Below, one piece after another: positions 36,538 through 45,875 of a stretch of DNA of 62,274 nucleotides (position 1 is the stretch's first letter; every line of letters begins with the position of its first letter). Location: contig JAQTPY010000002.1 of the NCBI GenBank assembly GCA_028712445.1, positions 1 through 62,274 on the forward strand, written 5' to 3'. This DNA is from Minisyncoccota bacterium. Its GTDB lineage: Bacteria > Patescibacteriota > Minisyncoccia > Minisyncoccales > RBG-13-42-11. Made by a program: the position numbers and the translations under genes. The notes below the pieces were generated by a model. It saw nothing but the letters and a program-made list of their open reading frames with translations, was not told the DNA's origin and did not search any database.

Positions 36538-39111
36538 TTATTTATTCACTATCAGTTCAAAATTGTTAGAATCCACCTCAACTCTGTCTCCTCTTTTTAT
36601 TCTTCCGGATAAAATCCCTGAAGCCAAAACATTTTCAACTTTGTCTTGAATAACCCTTCTCATTTCCCTTGCTCCGAAAGTCGGATTGTATCCCAGTTCA
36701 ACTATTTTTTCTTTCAAAGAATCGGTAATTATAAAATCTATGTTCTTTTCTTTAAGATTCTTTTTTAGTTTCTGCAAAAGAAGCTGGGCAATATCAGAAG
36801 TATTTTCTTTGGTTAAGTTTTTATAAACAACAACTGAGTCAAAACGGTTTATAAACTCGGGCCTGAAAACTCCCTCTTTAAAAAGAAAATCCAGAAGTTC
36901 CGCCTTTATCTCACCCATGGCCTTATTCTGTTTAATGGCTTCCAAGATTACCTGATACCCTGCATTGGAAGTGGCGATTATTATTGAATTCCTGAAATCC
37001 ACTTTTCTTCCCACTCCGTCTGTCAAAAACCCTTCGTCTAAAACCTGCAGAAAAAGATTGAGAATGTTTGGATGAGCTTTCTCTATCTCGTCTAAAAGAA
37101 CCAGGGAAAAAGGGCATTCTCTGATTTTTGTCGTCAAAAGACCTTCCTCTCCGGGGGAACCGATCAAACGTTTAATGTCGGCGACCGACTGAAATTCAGA
37201 CATATCCAGTCTGATCATTCTGGATTCAGACCCAAAATAGATTTCAGCCAAGACTTTGGAAGTTTCAGTTTTTCCAACACCGGTGGGACCCAAAAACAGA
37301 AAACAACCCATGGGTCCCTTTCTAACAGTCACTTCAGCCCGGGATCGCCTTAAAGCAGCAGAAACTTCTCTGACCGCTTCTTCCTGGTTTATAATCTTCT
37401 GATGAATCAGGTTTTCCAGATTAAGCAGAATCTCCCTTTCCTTAGATTCAATTTCTCCGACAGGTATCTCCGTTTTCTCAGAAACAATCTTGGCCACATG
37501 ACTTGGCAGAAGAGTATTTTCTCTTCTCTGGACCAGGAAAATCATCAATTCATCAAGCAATTCCATTGCCTTTTCCGGAAAAGGGGTTCCGGGCAGATAT
37601 TTTGAGCAGTAATCGATTATATTCCTCAGGGCAGGATAAGAAACAAATTTTTTGTATTTTGCTTCCAAATTCAAGGCCAATTTTTCAAGCAGAAGCAGAG
37701 TTTCATGATCTGAAATTTCAGAAACGTCTACTTTTTCAAAAAGGCCCAGAACCGATGAATTTTGTTCAATATTTCTGTGCAATCCCTCAAAAGTGGTAAT
37801 AGCCACAATCTGAAAAGAAATTAAAGGCAAATAACTTGAAAGGACGCCTGAGATGTCTATTGTTCCCAGGGAAGCTGATTGTTTGCCAACATAATTATGA
37901 AATTCATCTATTACTAAAACCACATTCCCGGCATGGATCACTTCCTGGAAAATAGAATCCAAAACCTGTTCGGCCTCCTCAATATCGTTAATTTGGGCCA
38001 GCAGAGACATCAAATCAAGCTGGACGACTCTTTTAAAATTAACTTCCGGCAAACTTTCTCCGGCAGCTGATCTGACAGCCAAAGCCTGGACAATGCTTTT
38101 TCTTCCTGATCCCGCCTCTCCGACAAGAAGAACGTTATTGTTGCTCTCCTGCCGGGATAAAATTCTTTCAATTGACCCGAGCTCTTTTTGATGACCAACT
38201 GTTTCGGGAAAGCCCTGCAATCTGTAAATTTCCGACAAATCAATGGAAAACTTGTCTAATAAATTAGTAAATCCTGAAGACCAATGTTTAGCCAAACTTC
38301 CTTTTTTAAGCAGATTCTTTCTGTCCCAAAACCTTTTTCTTAAAGCAATCTGGGATTCGAGGGATTCAAGCCAAAAAACAAGATTTTCCACATCATCCGG
38401 TTTCAAATCACAGCTCACCAAAAGACCCTTGAAAACAGGATCTGTTTTGGAAAGAGCAATCAGGAGATCCCCTTTTTCAGCAACTAAATGTTTCCTTGCG
38501 TGGGCGGCCTTGACTGATTCAAGAATAGCCAACTGGAAACTTTCTGCGTATTCCTTTCCGCTTACCCCTCCTAAATATTCTTTTCTTAAACCTATCAGCT
38601 GTTTTTTTAAAGTTTTCTTTAAATCCTTAAAGTTAATGAGCAGACGGGAAAAAATGAAATTGAAGTTCCTATTCTGGCAAAGAAGGGTGTAAAAAAGAAT
38701 CGTCGAATCAACGACGGGAAATTTATTCTCCTTGGTGAATTTTATCGATGCCAAAACGGCGCGGGCCGCCTCATAGCTCAAGAATTCAGCCAGATTGAAA
38801 TTTCCAGGATTCTCCATGGCTTCTTTCAAAGAAATTTTGGGTTTTGGTTTCTTTAAATATGTGGCCCTGAATAGGCTGATTGAATAAAAATAGAAAAATA
38901 AAACGAGGAAGACTATCGAGAATCCCAAGAAGAATGAATTTGCGTCCTGAGAAGCAACGCCACTGAAAAATCCGAAAAGAAAAAACACAAAGAAAAACGT
39001 AAAGAATGCAAAAAATGCCTTCCTTGCCAGCCAAGAAAATTTAAAAATCAGACAATCACCCCATTTGACAGAATTTTCAATCGTTGTTCCTTTAATATTG
39101 AAATTGAACAT
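36538..39111 (-). CDS. Membrane-anchored ClpA/B/C-family AAA+ ATPase
   Basis: Two N-terminal TMs; NBD1 GEAGSGRKS and IDEFH; NBD2 GPTGVGKT, LDEIEKAH, FRPEFINR, GAREMRR. Confidence 0.9.
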   Translation of the reverse strand: MFNFNIKGTTIENSVKWGDCLIFKFSWLARKAFFAFFTFFFVFFLFGFFSGVASQDANSFFLGFSIVFLVLFFYFYSISLFRATYLKKPKPKISLKEAMENPGNFNLAEFLSYEAARAVLASIKFTKENKFPVVDSTILFYTLLCQNRNFNFIFSRLLINFKDLKKTLKKQLIGLRKEYLGGVSGKEYAESFQLAILESVKAAHARKHLVAEKGDLLIALSKTDPVFKGLLVSCDLKPDDVENLVFWLESLESQIALRKRFWDRKNLLKKGSLAKHWSSGFTNLLDKFSIDLSEIYRLQGFPETVGHQKELGSIERILSRQESNNNVLLVGEAGSGRKSIVQALAVRSAAGESLPEVNFKRVVQLDLMSLLAQINDIEEAEQVLDSIFQEVIHAGNVVLVIDEFHNYVGKQSASLGTIDISGVLSSYLPLISFQIVAITTFEGLHRNIEQNSSVLGLFEKVDVSEISDHETLLLLEKLALNLEAKYKKFVSYPALRNIIDYCSKYLPGTPFPEKAMELLDELMIFLVQRRENTLLPSHVAKIVSEKTEIPVGEIESKEREILLNLENLIHQKIINQEEAVREVSAALRRSRAEVTVRKGPMGCFLFLGPTGVGKTETSKVLAEIYFGSESRMIRLDMSEFQSVADIKRLIGSPGEEGLLTTKIRECPFSLVLLDEIEKAHPNILNLFLQVLDEGFLTDGVGRKVDFRNSIIIATSNAGYQVILEAIKQNKAMGEIKAELLDFLFKEGVFRPEFINRFDSVVVYKNLTKENTSDIAQLLLQKLKKNLKEKNIDFIITDSLKEKIVELGYNPTFGAREMRRVIQDKVENVLASGILSGRIKRGDRVEVDSNNFELIVNK

Positions 39112-39114
39112 TTA

Positions 39115-39492
39115 TTAAAACAAAACTTTAAATCCAAAATACAAGCCCCAGAGCAGAATTATGGGAGAGAATACCCATAAAACAAGCCAAATTAAACCCC
39201 CAAAAAAGACAAACACCTCTGCGATAAGACCTGCTGCAATCAATCCGCTTCTGATTATGGCCCCCAGCAGTCTGAAGATCAGATTAGAGAAAAAAACTTC
39301 AATGTTTTTTTGAAAATCCAATCCCTTTCCATAAGACATTTTGTATTTTCTCCAGGGATAAAAAAAAGTTTTAACTAAAAGACCGACTGAAAAATAGTTC
39401 AGATTAAATTTAAGAAAGTTTTTCCATCCTTCCAGGATTTCTCTTGGCATCTCTGAAAAGTGCCAAGAAATCCATTGAAAAATCATTATCAT
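39115..39492 (-). CDS. Small membrane protein directly upstream of the Clp ATPase
   Basis: FSVGLLVKTFFYPWRK; hydrophobic C-terminal half; 3-nt gap to the Clp gene. Confidence 0.75.
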   Translation of the reverse strand: MIMIFQWISWHFSEMPREILEGWKNFLKFNLNYFSVGLLVKTFFYPWRKYKMSYGKGLDFQKNIEVFFSNLIFRLLGAIIRSGLIAAGLIAEVFVFFGGLIWLVLWVFSPIILLWGLYFGFKVLF

Positions 39493-39495
39493 TGC

Positions 39496-39834
39496 TTATT
39501 TCAATAGTTTAACACCAAGGTTAGAAATATGAAATCCGCCGAAGATCAAAAGGAAAGCCAAAATTGACCAGACTGTCAAATTCAGAAAATCAAAAATTGA
39601 ATCCATAGGGATAATCCCTTTTAACTGCTCCCCTATCATCTGACTTATCTGCCCCTCAATGCCGGAGCTTGTTAAATTCGTTTTTTGCGCAGTTAAAGAA
39701 CTGGGAGGAGTTTCGAAAAAAGCAGGCAAATTGCTTTTAGAGGTAAATATGTTGTAGGAAAATAAAAGCGTCCAGCCAATAATAATCACTCCTATCGTCA
39801 ATAACCCCCAACCTACGATTTTATTTAAGCCCAT
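39496..39834 (-). CDS. Two-TM hypothetical membrane protein
   Basis: Two hydrophobic helices; same operon. Confidence 0.7.
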   Translation of the reverse strand: MGLNKIVGWGLLTIGVIIIGWTLLFSYNIFTSKSNLPAFFETPPSSLTAQKTNLTSSGIEGQISQMIGEQLKGIIPMDSIFDFLNLTVWSILAFLLIFGGFHISNLGVKLLK

Positions 39835-39922
39835 ATGTTTTAAAATTAATCCTTGACTCCTTTATTTTATTAGAATAACATATTTATACAGTTTAAAACA
39901 AATATAAAGGGAGGTGTCTTAG

Positions 39923-40636
39923 ATGAACATCCTGGAAATAGCAATGGTTGTGGCATCTTATCTTATAGGCGCCATTCCCACCGGATTTCTGCTCGTTAAA
40001 AAGCTAGCAAAAATTGATGTGAGAACCGTAGGAAGCGGAAAAACCGGCGGGACTAATGTCAGAAGAGCCTTGGCTAAGGCCGGCTGCACACATCCCAGAG
40101 AATGGGCATGGCTGGTAATCGTCATAGACGCCTTGAAAGGATTTGCCATCTCGGCAATAGCCATGAACTTTTTTAGAGGTAGCCCTCTCATCATCGGCCT
40201 TTCTGTTTTTCTGGCAGTCCTGGGGCACAGAGTTTCTCCCTGGCTAGCTTTCTTCCCCTCCCCAAAGCCCGGCTTCTGGGCGAAATTTGAGGGTGGCAGC
40301 GGAGTCGCTTGCTTCATCGGAGTGCTCCTTCCCATTATTGCCTTCTGCGGCGTAACTTATTCTGATTACGGCATCATGACTCTTTTTTACTTTCTCGGAC
40401 TTATCGCAGTTTGGGTATGGATCCTTAAGAAGCTGCATTTAATGGGGCTGGCCAGTATGGCTGCAGTAAGCGGTATCTTCATCTATTTCGTACTTCTTTC
40501 CCTTTTCACTTCTTTCAGCTATTACTTTTCTGTGACTCTCGGAATATGCGCAACAGCGCTCCTCGTCATCCTAAACCACAGAAAAAACATAATCCGCACG
40601 TGGAACGGAAAGGAATCTAAAACCGACCTGCTTTGA
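39923..40636 (+). CDS. plsY: Glycerol-3-phosphate acyltransferase PlsY
   Basis: YLIGAIPTG, DVRTVGSGKTGGTNVRR, IDALKG, VLGH, FEGGSGVA, HRKNIIR; SD GGAGG. Confidence 0.88.
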   Translation: MNILEIAMVVASYLIGAIPTGFLLVKKLAKIDVRTVGSGKTGGTNVRRALAKAGCTHPREWAWLVIVIDALKGFAISAIAMNFFRGSPLIIGLSVFLAVLGHRVSPWLAFFPSPKPGFWAKFEGGSGVACFIGVLLPIIAFCGVTYSDYGIMTLFYFLGLIAVWVWILKKLHLMGLASMAAVSGIFIYFVLLSLFTSFSYYFSVTLGICATALLVILNHRKNIIRTWNGKESKTDLL

Positions 40637-40664
40637 GCCATCGAATTAAGCCGATGGCTTTTTT
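40636..40664 (+). terminator. Intrinsic terminator after plsY
   Basis: AGCCATCG-8nt-CGATGGCT-ttttt. Confidence 0.85.
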
Positions 40665-40665
40665 A

Positions 40666-41004
40666 TTAATTTGTCATTCTATATAATTCTTCTATCGTAT
40701 CCTCCGGAATCAGAGGCCTGGAGCCCGCCGGAGTTCTTCCAGGATATCTCCAGGCTGAAATGATTTTTAAACCCTTTGGTTTTTTCAATACCTGATACAT
40801 AACCCACGCTTCTGTAGGATGCTTCTTTGTGCCGGTGATTTGCATGGCAGCAATAGTCTGGGGAGCTATACCCTCTTCTCTTCTCACCGGCCTCCGCAGG
40901 ATAGTCAGCACTCTTTTTTCTGAAAATCGGTACTGCCTCAATTTAAACCTTGAATGGGTTGTCCAAAATACTTTTTCTTCTTTTAAGGGGTTAATAAAAA
41001 CCAT
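40666..41004 (-). CDS. Hypothetical protein (DUF4258/RelE-like fold possible)
   Basis: FWTTHSRFKLRQYRFSEKRV..WVMYQ..KIISAWRYPG. Confidence 0.55.
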   Translation of the reverse strand: MVFINPLKEEKVFWTTHSRFKLRQYRFSEKRVLTILRRPVRREEGIAPQTIAAMQITGTKKHPTEAWVMYQVLKKPKGLKIISAWRYPGRTPAGSRPLIPEDTIEELYRMTN

Positions 41005-41016
41005 TCACTAAAAACC

Positions 41017-41841
41017 TTACTTTATTTCATAAGTGATAGTGACGTTGACCTCCACCTTGTTCTCCCCCGTGGCAATTTCAGGAACCACTCCGCTCGTATC
41101 AGCTTCAACTGAAGATCGGTAGCCGTAGAAATAAGGAATTGTGCCGTTCTCGCTGAAATTACTTACCCTCAGCAATTTAAAACCCAGCTGAGAAGCCAAT
41201 TCCGAAGCTTTAGCTTTTGCAGATTCAATGGCCTTTTCTCGGGCCTGTTTCTTTAATTCGTCTTCCTTGTCGATTAAAAACTGCAGTTCGCTTACTTCAT
41301 TGGCTCCAGCTTTGGTGCCCCTCAGGACAATATTTCCAACATTGTCCATGTTTCTTATTTTTGTCTGAAGAGTCTGCCTTACTTCATACCCTGCCAGTGT
41401 CCTCTTTCCGCCAGGATAAAGAACAGTTTTTTCTTCCCATTCATACCTGGGATAAATAGTGAAACTGGTCGTTTTCAGGTCTTTTTCTTCAACACCCTGC
41501 TCCTTTAATGAGGCAATCAAGGTGTTCATGGAATTAGTATTTTTACTCATCGCCTCCACCACGCTGGGAGATTCAGTGACTATGCCGAAATTCACCATTG
41601 CAATATCTGGCGTAGCGTAAATTTCACCGCTGCCAGTGACGGTAAAAGTGTTTTCTCCCTGAGACAATTCGTTTTTTATTTTGATTACGTTTGAAACAAT
41701 CAAAACTGTCAGAAATGCGCCCACTAAAACTATAACTGGAAACAAAACTGGCCAGAATTGATTGCGCTTTATTTCTTCTCTCGCTTGGGTTTGAGGATTT
41801 TGCGCCTCCACCATAGGAAACATTTTTTCATCTGCACACAT
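41017..41841 (-). CDS. SIMPL/DUF541 domain protein
   Basis: TVTGSGEIYATPDIA, GANEVSELQF, AREKAIESAKAKA, GENKVEVNVTITY. Confidence 0.92.
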   Translation of the reverse strand: MCADEKMFPMVEAQNPQTQAREEIKRNQFWPVLFPVIVLVGAFLTVLIVSNVIKIKNELSQGENTFTVTGSGEIYATPDIAMVNFGIVTESPSVVEAMSKNTNSMNTLIASLKEQGVEEKDLKTTSFTIYPRYEWEEKTVLYPGGKRTLAGYEVRQTLQTKIRNMDNVGNIVLRGTKAGANEVSELQFLIDKEDELKKQAREKAIESAKAKASELASQLGFKLLRVSNFSENGTIPYFYGYRSSVEADTSGVVPEIATGENKVEVNVTITYEIK

Positions 41842-41881
41842 AAAATTATTTTTAAATTATAATTTAAAATTCTTCGACCTT

Positions 41882-42547
41882 TTAAATTATTCCTTTCTTG
41901 TCTTTACCCCCGATTTTATGGAAGACAAGATAGGAGTAAATGATCGGAAAAAGTACTGCTAACAAAATTGTTGCCAGGAAAAACCAGGGCGTCAAATCTT
42001 TGAAAAACACTCCCAAAAAAATAGTCAGCCCTCCTGCAATAAAAACTTTTCTGGAAAATCTATGAGTTTTATCCCAAACTTCATCCGAACTCAAAGTCCA
42101 AGGGGTCCTTATGCCCACAAAATAATTTCTTTTTGTTTTGGGAAGGAAAAATCCCAAAGTGACGAACAAGAATGAGACTGCTGGGATGATTAAATTGTTT
42201 ATGCTGAAAGCGTTTCCTGATGCGGCCCAAAGGGTATAGAAATAAAGCAGCGAAAAAAACGCCACAAAGATAACTTTGAGCCAGAAAAAAGATCCAATAA
42301 ATTTAAGATAATTTTCCTTCAAGGGATCGATTTTAGGCAGAAGCGTCATCAGAAGATATAATCCTAAAACCAAAGAAGGAAAGAACAAAACTGTAAAATT
42401 TTTACTTGACCAGGAATCGACTTCACCCTCAATATTCCAATGAGAAGGAACTTTTTCAGGCAGAACCGGATAAAAAATTGCCGTAACTAAGATAACGGTA
42501 AAAATCAGAGAAAGAGGCAGAATTTCTTTTTTGGCAAAAAATCCCAT
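41882..42547 (-). CDS. SdpI-family immunity-like membrane protein (DUF1648 + SdpI)
   Basis: LPEKVPSHWNIEGEVD, RNYFVGIRTPWTLSSDEVWDKTHR. Confidence 0.9.
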   Translation of the reverse strand: MGFFAKKEILPLSLIFTVILVTAIFYPVLPEKVPSHWNIEGEVDSWSSKNFTVLFFPSLVLGLYLLMTLLPKIDPLKENYLKFIGSFFWLKVIFVAFFSLLYFYTLWAASGNAFSINNLIIPAVSFLFVTLGFFLPKTKRNYFVGIRTPWTLSSDEVWDKTHRFSRKVFIAGGLTIFLGVFFKDLTPWFFLATILLAVLFPIIYSYLVFHKIGGKDKKGII

Positions 42548-42560
42548 GGAAAAGGAATTG

Positions 42561-42983
42561 TTAGATTTCCGATTTTTTGGTTTCTCTTCGTATTATCCCC
42601 CAGTGGTAAAGATAAAGCGGCAATCCGACGAAAATCATAGCAAGATTATTTGATGCTTCCCTCTGTCTGGAAGAAGCCAGATAATCTATCTTCCCTTCCC
42701 TGTCCTGCCACTCTTTGTAATTTTTGATGAATTGCTTTAAATTTGCCACCTCATCTTCGGTCAAAGCTTCATTGTCTTGCAAACTTTCTATTTTTTCAAT
42801 CGGATAAGGCGCAGGATAATAATATCTGTTTTGTATTTTTTCAGGTTCCTCAGCTTTAGTAAAAACGAAAGCCTTCAGTCCCATGTCGATGAATTTAACA
42901 GATCCCGTCACCACAAGGACCAGGCCGATTATGGTGAATAAATAAAGATATATGGCTCTGACTAAACTATGTTTTTGCGGCAT
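42561..42983 (-). CDS. Hypothetical membrane protein
   Basis: IYLYLFTIIGL..LAMIFVGLPLYLYHW; two TMs. Confidence 0.75.
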   Translation of the reverse strand: MPQKHSLVRAIYLYLFTIIGLVLVVTGSVKFIDMGLKAFVFTKAEEPEKIQNRYYYPAPYPIEKIESLQDNEALTEDEVANLKQFIKNYKEWQDREGKIDYLASSRQREASNNLAMIFVGLPLYLYHWGIIRRETKKSEI

Positions 42984-43073
42984 ATTAATTTGGTTATTTT
43001 AATCTTTTTTTATTATATCACCATTACGAACAAAGCCATAAAAAGTTACACACAGGGAAAAAAAAGCGCTACC

Positions 43074-43463
43074 CTAGTATTTCATCCACCAGGGTTGCGC
43101 TTCAGGTGCATAACTCCGCTTTACCGGCGCTTTCAAGGCCGCTACTGTTTTGGCTTCTGCTATCTTTTTTAACTCTGTCCATCTCTTCCAAGTAGCATAA
43201 GCCCTGTTAAAGGCCCTTCTCTTCATTGGATAAGGAGCTTGTATCTCTCCCCTCCTGCATCCGAAAGGATCAATAACGTTCTCTGACCCCCTTCCGAAGT
43301 CCAACCTCTTTGCTGTTTCAGAAAAGGAGAAAACGTACTCCCCTTCTGGGATGAAAATTGTGAGACGGGGGGAACCGTTGATTACGCAGTCTTGGATGAA
43401 AGGCACTCCCTTGCGCCAAACCTCTCCATAATTTATTGAGCACTCTGACGTTGAAGCTATCAC
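43074..43463 (-). CDS. Hypothetical protein
   Basis: 129-aa ORF; GTG start after GAGGAGG. Confidence 0.6.
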   Translation of the reverse strand: MIASTSECSINYGEVWRKGVPFIQDCVINGSPRLTIFIPEGEYVFSFSETAKRLDFGRGSENVIDPFGCRRGEIQAPYPMKRRAFNRAYATWKRWTELKKIAEAKTVAALKAPVKRSYAPEAQPWWMKY

Positions 43464-43525
43464 TTTTAACCTCCTCGTTCACAAGTTTTTAAAATTATAA
43501 ATCTTCTTTTAAATAAAGTCAATAA

Positions 43526-43819
43526 TTAGAGGTCGTATCTTATTTCAAAGCTAGAAAACTCTCCTTTGTAGTCTTCTTTGAAAAATTCGAGATTATTTAC
43601 TTTGGCGAAAAACGGTCCTCTTTTAGCCCATTTCACCAAACTTCCAACTTTTTCTTCATCTCCTTCTAAAACCGCCTCCACTCTTCCATCCTTTAAATTC
43701 TTTACCCAGCCCGAAACTCCAAACCTATCTGCTTTCTTTTTTGCAGTTTCTCTGAAAAAAACACCCTGGACCCTGCCTGAAATGAAAATATGAGCTCTCG
43801 TTTTCAGAAAATTAATCAT
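43526..43819 (-). CDS. acyP: Acylphosphatase
   Basis: ISGRVQGVFFR, GWVKNLKDGRVEAV. Confidence 0.95.
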   Translation of the reverse strand: MINFLKTRAHIFISGRVQGVFFRETAKKKADRFGVSGWVKNLKDGRVEAVLEGDEEKVGSLVKWAKRGPFFAKVNNLEFFKEDYKGEFSSFEIRYDL

Positions 43820-44529
43820 CTTTCCAAAAAGTAATCGTTCAAGATTTTCACCAGATGATCTTTAAACATCAGCTGCTCTGAAATAGAATTATCAACTTCG
43901 ATGGCGATTATCTTACTGAAAACGTATTTGGGCAGAGTGACAAGATAATCAAAGTCCTTGATCCCGCTCACAATGTGTTTGTCCTGCCGTTTTCCTGAAT
44001 TATAACCAGCAAGATGATTGCAGCCGATCACAGACTCCCCTTTGCCTGAACCAGAAGAATTCAAAAAAACGTAATAGGCCTCTTCCGTTCCCCGGGAAAT
44101 GGCTGCCTTAAAGTGTGACAGATCGATGCAGAATCCCCCTATTTTCTTTACCCTGACAGCTTTATCTATCTGATTATCAAAGTTCATCTCAAGATAAATT
44201 TTATCCCAGCACCCTCTCCATTTTTCCTCCAAAGTATCGAAATGATCCTCATGAATGTTAAAATGGCGTGTGCCGTATTCGTTTATGAAAAATTCAATTT
44301 CATCTTTTTCAATATCGTCTCTCAGGTGAATAAAAGGAACGCTGGTGATTGAAGACTTTCTGAGCAAACGATAAAAATTATCCCTCTCTTTCTTGTCAAA
44401 CCTCTCCAAAAAAACAGCCACGGATTTTAAACCGAGCTTATTGATTTCATCCAACTTCTCTTTCCAATCGAGGCTCGTTTCTCCGGTGATACTGACAAGA
44501 ATCCTGTTTTCAAAATTAAAATTTTCCAT
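43816..44529 (-). CDS. Hypothetical protein, possibly TIM-barrel/xylose-isomerase-like
   Basis: FIHLR, IYLEM, CIDLSHF, CNHL, IAIEV spacing. Confidence 0.6.
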   Translation of the reverse strand: MENFNFENRILVSITGETSLDWKEKLDEINKLGLKSVAVFLERFDKKERDNFYRLLRKSSITSVPFIHLRDDIEKDEIEFFINEYGTRHFNIHEDHFDTLEEKWRGCWDKIYLEMNFDNQIDKAVRVKKIGGFCIDLSHFKAAISRGTEEAYYVFLNSSGSGKGESVIGCNHLAGYNSGKRQDKHIVSGIKDFDYLVTLPKYVFSKIIAIEVDNSISEQLMFKDHLVKILNDYFLER

Positions 44530-44532
44530 TCC

Positions 44533-44625
44533 TCATTTGGAGATATTGGGGATGATTTGAGTAAAAACGTAATAGACAGCAAACACTGTCAATAAAATTA
44601 TGGCTAATATTTCTATTTTATTCAT
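44533..44625 (-). CDS. Candidate 30-aa single-TM peptide, absent from the ORF track
   Basis: MNKIEILAIILLTVFAVYYVFTQIIPNISK*; its ATG shares the last base of the tRNA-Val CCA. Confidence 0.4.
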   Translation of the reverse strand: MNKIEILAIILLTVFAVYYVFTQIIPNISK

Positions 44626-44699
44626 GGTGGACGGTACAGGATTCGGACCTGTGGCCTCTTCGATGTGAACGAAGCGCTCTACCTCTGAGCCAACCGTCC
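44625..44699 (-). tRNA. tRNA-Val(CAC), CCA encoded
   Basis: GGACGGT/ACCGTCC acceptor; CTTCG-TTCACAT-CGAAG; T loop TCCGAAT. Confidence 0.92.
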
Positions 44700-44816
44700 C
44701 TAAAACCTTTCTTGCAATAATAGAATATCATAGCGCATGAAAAGGGGCAATTGCCCCTTTTCATGTTTCTGCCCAGCGTTCAAAACTATTCTTACTTCTT
44801 AAGATTAAAGGCCATT

Positions 44817-45875
44817 CTATCTATTCAAAACCTCCCGGATTCTTATCTTGGCTATCTTTGCCTGCAACATCTTTCTGTTCTTATATTCCCGAAGTTGCTT
44901 TTTCCTTTCATCCATCCACTCTTCCAATCTAAGAATGTTAGACTTGAAGATCCAGATCATCATTAAGGTTAAAAGCAATGGAAGGAAGAAAGAATCAAAG
45001 AAGATGTTGTTTGTGAAGCCGGTAGGAATGTTGGTTGCTCCGCTGACGGTACCCTCCTTATTGACAGTCACCTGGGACGCATCCGAACTCTTGACCTTAT
45101 CGTTGTAGGCCATTGCCGTATTGGTCAATTTTGTTTTTCCGAAACTGAACTTTCCCGCCTCAGCCACCCTGGCATGAAAGACTATGGTTTTTGTCTGATT
45201 GGCAGCAATATTACCTATATTTACCCCCTTGGTAATATCACCGCTCAGACTGACTCCATTCATGCTCAAATTGCCAATATATGTAAGCTTGTCTGGTAAA
45301 GCATTCTTGACCGTCACGCCGCTTAAATCCGTCCCTCCGGCTTTAACCTGAATTTTGAAAGCCAGAAGATCTCCGGGTTTGGCAGTGACAGAATCGGCAA
45401 AAACATTGGGATTTGCAATAAGACCAACCAAACTGGTGATATTTATTGACGCTGTGGCCACTTGCGAAGTTCCGGTTTTATCCTCTGTGTCGTCCCAAGG
45501 AATTTGTTCAGTTTCCACATCGTAGTCCCAAGGAGACTCGCTGCCATCTCCTATGACGCTCTCGCCTCCGGTATCATTGAAATCCCACGGTGTTTCTGTT
45601 TCCATTTCGTCATCCCAGGGCAATTCGCTTACCGGGTTTTGAGTCAAAACCAATGTCTGACTTGCTCCGGGATCCGTGGTGGTTCCCTGATCCTCCTCTT
45701 GATCATCCCAAGCTATATCGTTGAGAACAGTCGGTTCTGAAGTTACTTCTGAAACTGTATTGTTCCTTGCCGATTGATCGCCGGCATCAGCAATATAGTC
45801 CCAATCGGCGCTTACCACACCGGCAGGAGCGATCTGAAAAAGAATCAAACCGAGTGTTAAGAAGATTTTTAACAT
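44817..45875 (-). CDS. Exported surface protein: acidic WD-motif region, DUF11-like Ig domain, IPTG motif + C-terminal TM
   Basis: Signal peptide; AKPGDLLAFKIQV..VTVKNALPDKLTYI..IGNIAANQTKTIVF..LTNTA; TNIPTG then TM and basic tail. Confidence 0.75.
   Translation of the reverse strand: MLKIFLTLGLILFQIAPAGVVSADWDYIADAGDQSARNNTVSEVTSEPTVLNDIAWDDQEEDQGTTTDPGASQTLVLTQNPVSELPWDDEMETETPWDFNDTGGESVIGDGSESPWDYDVETEQIPWDDTEDKTGTSQVATASINITSLVGLIANPNVFADSVTAKPGDLLAFKIQVKAGGTDLSGVTVKNALPDKLTYIGNLSMNGVSLSGDITKGVNIGNIAANQTKTIVFHARVAEAGKFSFGKTKLTNTAMAYNDKVKSSDASQVTVNKEGTVSGATNIPTGFTNNIFFDSFFLPLLLTLMMIWIFKSNILRLEEWMDERKKQLREYKNRKMLQAKIAKIRIREVLNR

Noticed and set aside
43816-44529. SSGSG segment as a second in-frame palindrome insertion
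   Set aside because: The underlying DNA is not palindromic and does not match either repeat family
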